The position numbers and the translations under genes are program-made. The notes under the pieces are model-generated. The model had not been told where the DNA came from and did no database searches. It saw only the letters and a list, made by a program, of their open reading frames with translations. From NCBI GenBank assembly GCA_963674735.2, contig CAXXQS010000002.1:544001-608000 (forward strand): DNA of 64,000 nt, in the 5' to 3' direction. This document shows positions 56,746-64,000 of this stretch, piece after piece. The DNA comes from Myxococcota bacterium (lineage in GTDB: Bacteria; Myxococcota_A; SURF-8). Position 1 is the first letter of the stretch; every line of letters starts with the position of its first letter.

Positions 56746-58689
56746 ATGGAACAGTCTAAATTAATTGGACAAACGCTGATTGAGCTGGGTTTGATAAACG
56801 AAGACCAGCTCGATGTCGCATTGAATTTACAGAAGAAACGAAAGGAACGCCTCGGCGAACTGCTGTTGTCGCTACGCTTCGTCAGCGAAATCGACATTCT
56901 CAAGGTATTGGCCGAGCGTTTCCGCATCCATTACATCAGTTCGGATAAGTTGGCTTCCATCAAAGTGCCTCGTTCGGTGCTCGACTTGATTCCGCTCGAC
57001 TATGCCGAGCGCAAGTTTTTGCTGCCGTTGATTTACGACAGCAGCCAGCAACAGCTTTCCATTCTGGCCAACACGCCCACCGACCCGAAGTTGATCAAAG
57101 AAGTGCAGCTTCTGGCCCAGTGCCGGGGCGTCAACGCCTATCTGGCCATGAAACCGGCCATCATGGCCGGAGTCAAGAAGTTCTATCGCGGCGACCACCA
57201 GGCTTTCACCCAACTCGACGAGCACTCGCTCAACCAGGGCAGCCTGCTGTCTTTTGGTTTGGGCGAAGACCGCAAAGGGTTTCTGGCGGCGGAGGAGGTC
57301 GGGCAGGCCGGTGGACTGCGCTTGTCGGATGAAGTGGCGGCCAGCTCTCTCATGACCGACAACCTGTTCGTTGAAACGCTGAACATCATGATTTCATTAT
57401 TGGAAATGCGTGATGGCACTTTCCGTGGACATTCCGCCTCGGTCGCTCGGCTGGTCAAGCGCGTATCTGAAAAGATGGACCTCCTGCCGATGGATGTGTA
57501 TTTCAACGTGGTGGCGGCCTATCTTCACAATCTGGGCCATCGCGACGGCACCCATTACACTCTCACCAACCTCACAACCGAGCGCGATCTCAAGCTGGCC
57601 ATGAAATATTATATGGCCCCGGTGCGCCTGATCGAATCGGCCAGCTTCCCGCGCCTGATCCCGGAAATTCTGACTCATATTTTCGAACGCTTCGACGGCA
57701 AAGGTTTCCCCAAGGGACTCAGCGGCAAAAACATCCCCCTCGGCTCGCGCATCATCGCCGCCGTGGACGCCTACGAAGACATGGTACGTCATCCCCAGCA
57801 CATCGACAAGCCGATCCAGGATATCTTCCGGGAATTGTTCAACTATCAAAACGTGTGCTTCGACCGCCAGGTGCTGCGCGCGTTGTACGAAGTGATACTC
57901 GAAACCCAGAAGGGCGACAATCTCGGTATCATCGAAACACGCAACCATACCGTGATGGTCATCGATCCGTCCGGTTCGAATTTTTCCTCGATCATTTCGC
58001 GCTTGCGGGAAACGGGCTACCGGGTATTGATGGCGCGCGACACCGACAGCGCCGTGCAAACCATGAAACGCACCCACGTGGACATGCTGCTTTCCGACCC
58101 GGTCACGCAGCCACTAAACGGCTTTCAACTCTGTCGGGCGCTCAAGTCCAACGCCGCCACGCGCGACACCCTGTTCGTCTTCATTTCATCGCGCGATGAA
58201 AGCTCGCGGACAATCCAGATGGGTTTTGAAGCCGGGGCGGACGATTTCTTCACGCGACCGCTCAAAACCGAGTTGTTGATCAACAAAATCAAGCGCATCC
58301 TCTCGACGCGGATCGAGACGCTGACCGAGATGCAAGCCCAAACCACGCCGCCCAAGGCGTCGGTCACGGGCAGTCTGGCGGAAGTTTCCATCGCCGACAT
58401 CGTACAACTGCTTTCCAACAGCAAAAAAACCGGCATGCTGGTCTTGCGCCACGAAGACGACGAAGCAAGGATTTTCATCCAGAATGGCGACATCATCAAC
58501 TGCTTCTACAAAGAGAAAGAAGGCGAAACGGCCTTCTATACCATTCTGGATTGGGAAAGCGGCGAATTCCTGCTGGAAACCGACGTCACCATGCCCGAAC
58601 GCATCATCGAACTACCCACCCAGAATCTGATGTTGGAAGGCTTCCGCCTGCTCGACGAAAGACGCGCCGGGAAAAGCAACGGCGCCTGA
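56746..58689 (+). CDS. Multidomain signalling protein: MshEN/GspE-N, degenerate HD-GYP, receiver, DUF4388
   Basis: LIGQTLIELGLINEDQLDVALNLQ...RLGELLL; HNLG and ERFDGKGFP...IPLGSRIIAAVDAY; receiver fold (LSD...NGFQL...GADDFFTRP); GSLAEVSIADIVQLL...KTGML. Confidence 0.85.
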   Translation: MEQSKLIGQTLIELGLINEDQLDVALNLQKKRKERLGELLLSLRFVSEIDILKVLAERFRIHYISSDKLASIKVPRSVLDLIPLDYAERKFLLPLIYDSSQQQLSILANTPTDPKLIKEVQLLAQCRGVNAYLAMKPAIMAGVKKFYRGDHQAFTQLDEHSLNQGSLLSFGLGEDRKGFLAAEEVGQAGGLRLSDEVAASSLMTDNLFVETLNIMISLLEMRDGTFRGHSASVARLVKRVSEKMDLLPMDVYFNVVAAYLHNLGHRDGTHYTLTNLTTERDLKLAMKYYMAPVRLIESASFPRLIPEILTHIFERFDGKGFPKGLSGKNIPLGSRIIAAVDAYEDMVRHPQHIDKPIQDIFRELFNYQNVCFDRQVLRALYEVILETQKGDNLGIIETRNHTVMVIDPSGSNFSSIISRLRETGYRVLMARDTDSAVQTMKRTHVDMLLSDPVTQPLNGFQLCRALKSNAATRDTLFVFISSRDESSRTIQMGFEAGADDFFTRPLKTELLINKIKRILSTRIETLTEMQAQTTPPKASVTGSLAEVSIADIVQLLSNSKKTGMLVLRHEDDEARIFIQNGDIINCFYKEKEGETAFYTILDWESGEFLLETDVTMPERIIELPTQNLMLEGFRLLDERRAGKSNGA

Positions 58690-58862
58690 GAAACTATTAA
58701 GCTGGCAACAGTATTATGGCTATTTTTTCGAAGATCAAACCATAATCGCCCATCCCGAGTCGGCTGCGTAAGTAGCCGTATCGAGGGACCTTTCGATACA
58801 ATTTCGCTTCGCGAAACCACCCAAGGTGAGCGGAGAGAATGAGCTAAGATAGAGTTGCCGGG

Positions 58863-59723
58863 TTACGAACCCTCCGTTTTCACGTCGATTTTTCCCTCAA
58901 ACACATAGGCGGCCGGACCGCGCATGAGGATTTCGCCGCTCTCGGCATCGAAACGGATGGTCAGCCGTCCGCCCGGCAGATCCACCGCCACCGGACGCGC
59001 GGGGTCGATGCGTTTTTCGATGGCGGCAGCCGCGACGGTGGCGCAAGCGCCGGTGCCGCAGGCCAGCGTAATGCCCGCTCCCCGCTCGAAAACCGTCACC
59101 TTCAAATGTTGATCGCCCGCCACCTCGACGAACTCCACGTTCGTCCGTTCGGGAAACTGGGGATGGGATTCGAGCGACGGTCCGAGGCGCTCGGCTTCCG
59201 GGATGGATTTATAGTCGAAAATCACAAAATGGGGATTTCCCATCGAAACGGCGGTACCCGTAAAGCTCCCGTGTTCGTTCTCCACGCTCTGAGCCACGAA
59301 GGGCTCGTCTCCGCGCATGCCGACCGCCGACCGGGCGTAGGAAGGCTGTCCCATCCCGACTTCGACTTCCGCCACCCGCCCGTCCGCGCCTTTGAACAGG
59401 CGGCAGCGATGCAGCCCCACCTTGCTTTCGACGGACAGCATCTCCTCCCGCTGCGCGCCGCTATCGGAAACGTATTTGGCGAAACAGCGAATGCCGTTCC
59501 CGCACATTTGCGCCTCCGACCCGTCGGGATTGAACATGCGCATGCGCGCCACGCCGCGCTCGGAGGGACAAACGAACAAGACGCCGTCGGCACCCACGCC
59601 GAAATGACGGTCACACAAAAAGCGGATGGCTTCCGGCTTGAGATGTTCGGGTTGGATGTCGGGTCCGAACAGCACGAAATCATTACCGGTTCCGTGCATT
59701 TTGTGAAAGGTCAACACGCTCAT
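58863..59723 (-). CDS. dapF: Diaminopimelate epimerase
   Basis: KMHGTGNDF, DRHFGVGADG, MCGNGIRC, SMGNPH, ERGAGITLACGTGA. Confidence 0.98.
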   Translation of the reverse strand: MSVLTFHKMHGTGNDFVLFGPDIQPEHLKPEAIRFLCDRHFGVGADGVLFVCPSERGVARMRMFNPDGSEAQMCGNGIRCFAKYVSDSGAQREEMLSVESKVGLHRCRLFKGADGRVAEVEVGMGQPSYARSAVGMRGDEPFVAQSVENEHGSFTGTAVSMGNPHFVIFDYKSIPEAERLGPSLESHPQFPERTNVEFVEVAGDQHLKVTVFERGAGITLACGTGACATVAAAAIEKRIDPARPVAVDLPGGRLTIRFDAESGEILMRGPAAYVFEGKIDVKTEGS

Positions 59724-60667
59724 GGGGTCTCCTTGGAATGCGTCTTGGCAGCCGGATCGACGGCCGGAGCCACACGTTGCGGGCGGGCCTTTTTCGTCGC
59801 TGCCTGATAGGGTTGAATATCGATGTGGGAGCGGATCGTCTGCTTTTGGTCGTTCACATTCCCCGGCGTTCCGCTCAAGCGCCGCACGGTTACGGCGGTT
59901 TCGTAACTGGCCGCCACAAACCGCCCGGCTTTCGGATCGAAATACACATCCCCCGAGCCCGTTCCTTCGAGGGAAAAACGCTCGAATTCGCCCTGCGGAC
60001 CCCGGGTTCCATCGTCCGGGTTATCCATCCGGATGGTGAAATGGGCGGCGATTTTCTGGGCGGGTACTCCGTTCAGGCTCGTCATCTCACCCGCTTCGTA
60101 ACGGGTCAGTGTGGTCGACAACCGCTCGCCCACACCGGGAATCTGTTCGACCTTTTCCACCTTGCGCGACCAGGCCGTGCCATGGCTGAGGCGGGTGGGC
60201 AGATTGGGTAAGGCCTCGCGCAGACTGCGCAACAAACCCGCTTCCATCGACGCCAGCGAAGCGGGGACATGACGGCGGATCTCGATATCCTGCAGATCGC
60301 CTTTGGCGGTTTGAGTGAACGCCAAATCCAGCGATTCCAAGCCCTTGAATTCCTCCAGCGGCTCGCGCCCCTCGACGCTGGAAATCGCCGCGCTGATATC
60401 GGCAAGCGAAATGCTGCGCAAGGCGGCGCCTTGATCGAGAAGTTTCTCGGTTTTGATCGTCATGCGAAAGCGTAAAATCAGGCGTTTGGACTCGATATCC
60501 TGATCCGGAACCTCCACCTGCTGGGTCATGAAGAAAGTGTAAACATCGTTTTGTCCCGCCTCGAACCGGTAAGCCGCTTCCGGTCCCGATTCGCAGGAGC
60601 GGGCACAACTCAAGCACGACGCCACGAACACCAATAAAACCGACAACTTGAAAATGCGCGCGCTCAC
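59720..60667 (-). CDS. Hypothetical exported or lipoprotein, beta-rich
   Basis: Signal peptide with Cys (LSC). Overlaps recJ and dapF by 4 nt each, suggesting translational coupling. Confidence 0.7.
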   Translation of the reverse strand: MSARIFKLSVLLVFVASCLSCARSCESGPEAAYRFEAGQNDVYTFFMTQQVEVPDQDIESKRLILRFRMTIKTEKLLDQGAALRSISLADISAAISSVEGREPLEEFKGLESLDLAFTQTAKGDLQDIEIRRHVPASLASMEAGLLRSLREALPNLPTRLSHGTAWSRKVEKVEQIPGVGERLSTTLTRYEAGEMTSLNGVPAQKIAAHFTIRMDNPDDGTRGPQGEFERFSLEGTGSGDVYFDPKAGRFVAASYETAVTVRRLSGTPGNVNDQKQTIRSHIDIQPYQAATKKARPQRVAPAVDPAAKTHSKETP

Positions 60668-62391
60668 GGCTCACTCCTCACCAGATCCTTGATCCGCAGT
60701 TGGATGGTTTTCTCGCCTCGATAGGTGTTGTACTCCGGAACGTAGACAATGTCCAGGCAGTCGCCGCGAGCCACCGGCGTCTCGCCCATACCAAAGGCGA
60801 TGGCATCGTAGCTGCGTCCGTTTTTCGCCAAGCCGAATTTCCAATGTTTCTTCTTTAGAAGCCGCGCCCGTTGCACCCGGGCTCCGTGTTCGATGAAGGC
60901 CGGAGCCGGGTTGTTCATGCCGAATGGAGCCAAAGCCTGAAATTGATCGAGCAGGCCGTAGTCCAGAAGATCGATGGAGCAGGGGCCGTCGGTTTGCAGG
61001 CGCGGAATGAAATCCGCGGGGGTCAGACGTTCGGCAGCATCGCGTACGAAAGCATCGCGGAAGGCCTCCAGCCGCTCTTCGCGGATCGTCAACCCGGCCG
61101 CCTGGGCATGACCGCCGAACTGTTCCAGGTATGCGGTTTGCCGGGCCAGGGCCTCTTGTATATGAAAAGCCGGAATGGAACGACAACTGCCGCGCCCCAG
61201 GCCCTCGTCGTTGAAACCGATCACGACCGCGGGCCGTTGCAGCTTTTCCACCAGACGCGAAGCGGCCAGACCCACCACGCCTTCGTGCCAACCACGTTTC
61301 CCCAGAACCAGAACCGGCGCGTCCGCCCATTCGGGATGCGCCTCCACCATCTCCAGCGCCTCGTCCACCACGCGTGTTTCAAGCTGCCGACGCACCTGGT
61401 TGCGGCGATTGAGAAGGGTCGCCAGTTCGCGCGCCTGCTGGAGATCCTCCGTCGTGAGCAGATTCACCCCGGCCATGGCGTCACCCAGACGCCCCCCGGC
61501 ATTGAGACGCGGTCCCATCATGAAACCGACCGTATAGCTGTCCACGTCGGCATCGATATCGAGGCCGCAGACTTCCTTGAGCGCCATCACCCCCGGATGC
61601 CGCGAACGCGAGAGGTAGGGCAGACCGAAGCGCACCAGAAGCCGATTGAGACCGGTGAGCGGAACCATGTCGGCCACCGTTCCCAAAGCCGCCAGATCGA
61701 GGTGTTCTTTCAAATTGGGGGCCTTCTCGCGCTCCAGCAGACCGCAGGTCACCAGATGACGCCGCAACCCCGCCAACAGCATGAAGGTCAGCCCGCAGGC
61801 GGCGGGATCGTCGTAAGGGAAGGTGCAACCGGGCTGTTTGGGATTCAAGATCGCACAGGCCGCAGGCAAAACGGGCCCCAATTCGTGATGATCCACCACG
61901 ATCACGTCCATCCCCAGCCGGGCGGCCAACGCGACTTCATCGACACTCACGATACCGTTGTCGACGGTGATGATCAATTTGATGCCGCGCCGGGCCATTT
62001 CCTCGACGGCCTGAGTTTTCAAGCCATAGCCATCTTCTCGACGCAGCGGCACACCCAATTCGATCGGCACGTCAATCTGTTTGAAAAAACGGCCCAACAA
62101 CGACAAAGAGGTAACTCCGTCCACGTCGTAATCGCCCCAGCCCATGATCGGCTCGTGCTCGCGAATGGCACGTTCGATGCGCTCCACGGCGGCCTGCATG
62201 CCCGCCATCAGAAAGGGATCGGGCAATTCGCTCAAACGGCCGTGCAGAAAAAAGCGGGCCTGCTCAGGATCGCCCTGGCCCCGCTGCACCAATAGACGCG
62301 CCACCGGTTCCCGCAGCTCCAAGGCCTGCGCCACTGTTTGAACCGCGTCCTCATCGGTTGCCCGGATGTCCCAGATGCGCGCCTGCGCCAT
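60664..62391 (-). CDS. recJ: Single-stranded-DNA exonuclease RecJ
   Basis: Probable start MAQARIW at 62391. GDYDVDG, TVDNG, VDHH, GTVADMVPL, PRLNAGGRL, GGHAQAAG. Confidence 0.97.
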   Translation of the reverse strand: MAQARIWDIRATDEDAVQTVAQALELREPVARLLVQRGQGDPEQARFFLHGRLSELPDPFLMAGMQAAVERIERAIREHEPIMGWGDYDVDGVTSLSLLGRFFKQIDVPIELGVPLRREDGYGLKTQAVEEMARRGIKLIITVDNGIVSVDEVALAARLGMDVIVVDHHELGPVLPAACAILNPKQPGCTFPYDDPAACGLTFMLLAGLRRHLVTCGLLEREKAPNLKEHLDLAALGTVADMVPLTGLNRLLVRFGLPYLSRSRHPGVMALKEVCGLDIDADVDSYTVGFMMGPRLNAGGRLGDAMAGVNLLTTEDLQQARELATLLNRRNQVRRQLETRVVDEALEMVEAHPEWADAPVLVLGKRGWHEGVVGLAASRLVEKLQRPAVVIGFNDEGLGRGSCRSIPAFHIQEALARQTAYLEQFGGHAQAAGLTIREERLEAFRDAFVRDAAERLTPADFIPRLQTDGPCSIDLLDYGLLDQFQALAPFGMNNPAPAFIEHGARVQRARLLKKKHWKFGLAKNGRSYDAIAFGMGETPVARGDCLDIVYVPEYNTYRGEKTIQLRIKDLVRSEP

Positions 62392-62593
62392 GATCACCTC
62401 GTGGGTTTGAAATCGCCGAAAGGCGAAGAATCCCCGGATTGTAATCCTCTCCGGACGGCTTGTCAAAGCGCTTGAATCTCCGTTCCGCACTTGTGTTGCC
62501 CGCACCCGGCGAGGTCCAAAAAGCTTGCGAGCGCGGGTGAAATGGAGTAGTCATGATCGGATGTGTCCGGACCGTCGATGAAGGAGGAAACGG

Positions 62594-64000
62594 ATGGGGC
62601 TGGTCCCCGATTGGAAACTGTCACGCGATGTCGTCAAGCTGGCGGCCCCGGTGGTGTTGGGTATGGTGGTGCAAACCGCCATGAACCTGGCCGACACCAT
62701 TATGGTCGGCTTCATGAGCGACGAAGCGGAGTCCGTGGCCGGAGTGGCGGCCATCGGCGTGACGCTGCCGATGTTCTGGGCGGTGGGCGGTTTTCTGTCG
62801 GCGATCGCGGTGGGCACCCAAGCCCTGACAGCCCGACGCTTCGGGGAGGAACGCTACGATCTTTCCGGTCGGGTACTGTACAATTCGCTCTCCATCGCCG
62901 TAACCATGGGCATCACGCTATCCATCCTGGGCGTTCTGCTGGCCCCGAAAGTCTTTCCCTTTTTCAACTCCAACCCGGAGGTGATGAAGGCCGGTATTCC
63001 GTACGCTCAAGCCCGCTTCGCCGCCGTCTTTTCCATGGTGGCCACCTTCAGTTATAAATCCTTTTTCGACGGTATCGGAAAAACCTACGTGGCCATGGTC
63101 GCCTCGATGGTAATGAACGTGCTCAATCTGGCACTCAATGCCGTTCTCATATACGGGCTATTCGGTTTCCCGCAACTCGGTGTTTTGGGCGCAGGTATCG
63201 GAACCCTGATCGCCAGCTATGCCGGACTGATCATTATCGCCACCTGGAGTTTCGGTCCGAAATACTTGAAAAAATTCAATTACTACCGCAAGAAAAACTT
63301 CAATCCCTTCGTGATCAAGGAAATCGTGCGCCTCTCGCTTCCGGGCGGATTGGCCACGGTGTTCGTCATGACGGGTTTTCTGCTGTTCTTGAAAATCGTC
63401 GGCCTGATCGATCGCGCCGAGTGGCTGGCCACCTTCCCGCGCGATGCCATGATCGAGTTGGACGCCACGCTCAATACGTTCCTCAGATCGGGCAATGCAG
63501 GCGATATCACCACGCTGATGGCGGGCATCCTGCCGCATGTCGATCACATGACCGAAAGCACCCGGCTGCCGCTGTTTACGGCCGGAACCAAGGTCATCAT
63601 CGATCTGATGTCGCTGAGTTTCGTGTCGGCCATCGCTCTGGGAACCGGAACGGCGACGCTGGTCAGCCAGAATCTGGGAGCGGGAAACGCGCGTATGGCG
63701 GAGCGCTACGGCTGGGAGGCGGTCAAGATCGCCGCGTATTCACTCGGTATTTTCGGTTTGTTGCAAGCGATCTTCCCGCACTTTTTCCTTGGGCTGTTCA
63801 CCGACAAACAACCGGTGATTCTGGCGGCCGCCAGCAGCATGCGCGTGGTGGCGCTGGTCAACTGGATGGTCGGAGCCGGGTTGGTTTTCATGCACTCGCT
63901 GTTCGGGGCGGGTAACGCCAAGTTCGTGATGTACGTCGAAATGACCCTGCACCTGCTTTGTCTGGTGCCGCTGGCCTACCTGTTCGGAGTCGTTTTCGGC
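62594..64000 (+). CDS. MATE family efflux transporter, 3' end runs off the window
   Basis: Missing from the ORF track. AAGGAGG RBS then MGLVPDWKLSRDVVKLAAPVVLGMVVQTAMNLADTIMVG, ARRFGE, NVLNLALNAVLIYGLFGFPQLGVLGAG, LVSQNLGAGN. Confidence 0.92.
   Translation, partial: MGLVPDWKLSRDVVKLAAPVVLGMVVQTAMNLADTIMVGFMSDEAESVAGVAAIGVTLPMFWAVGGFLSAIAVGTQALTARRFGEERYDLSGRVLYNSLSIAVTMGITLSILGVLLAPKVFPFFNSNPEVMKAGIPYAQARFAAVFSMVATFSYKSFFDGIGKTYVAMVASMVMNVLNLALNAVLIYGLFGFPQLGVLGAGIGTLIASYAGLIIIATWSFGPKYLKKFNYYRKKNFNPFVIKEIVRLSLPGGLATVFVMTGFLLFLKIVGLIDRAEWLATFPRDAMIELDATLNTFLRSGNAGDITTLMAGILPHVDHMTESTRLPLFTAGTKVIIDLMSLSFVSAIALGTGTATLVSQNLGAGNARMAERYGWEAVKIAAYSLGIFGLLQAIFPHFFLGLFTDKQPVILAAASSMRVVALVNWMVGAGLVFMHSLFGAGNAKFVMYVEMTLHLLCLVPLAYLFGVVFG

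Overview
GC-rich bacterial chromosomal window. Gene content suggests a Deltaproteobacteria/Myxococcota-like diderm (inference from the Cys/Asp-rich lipoproteins, the DUF4388 and MshEN-type signalling protein, the paired ArsA/Get3-like ATPases and lptE-holA). The left ~30 kb is accessory and envelope-related. It holds an orphan N6-adenine DNA methyltransferase (cut by the window edge), a lipase with a histone-like tail, a hisC-like aminotransferase and a REP-associated tyrosine transposase (RAYT) locus with two REP families and a REP-bracketed cargo gene. It also holds at least nine lipoproteins sharing acidic 'DGD' linkers, including a 10 kb block of three giant Ig-like repeat lipoproteins, one of which has several single-base frameshifts. 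The right ~35 kb is mostly housekeeping: uvrC, holA, lptE, ffh-rpsP-khpA-rimM-trmD-rplS-rnhB, panE, rpsU, tRNA-Met, ABC-F, nadA with a divergent LysR, dapF, recJ and MATE. Mixed in are two degenerate c-di-GMP signalling proteins, a complementary Get3-like ATPase pair, an orphan atpI and a SUKH-domain protein. No CRISPR array, prophage or rRNA is visible. All calls come from motif recognition by eye; no database searches were run.
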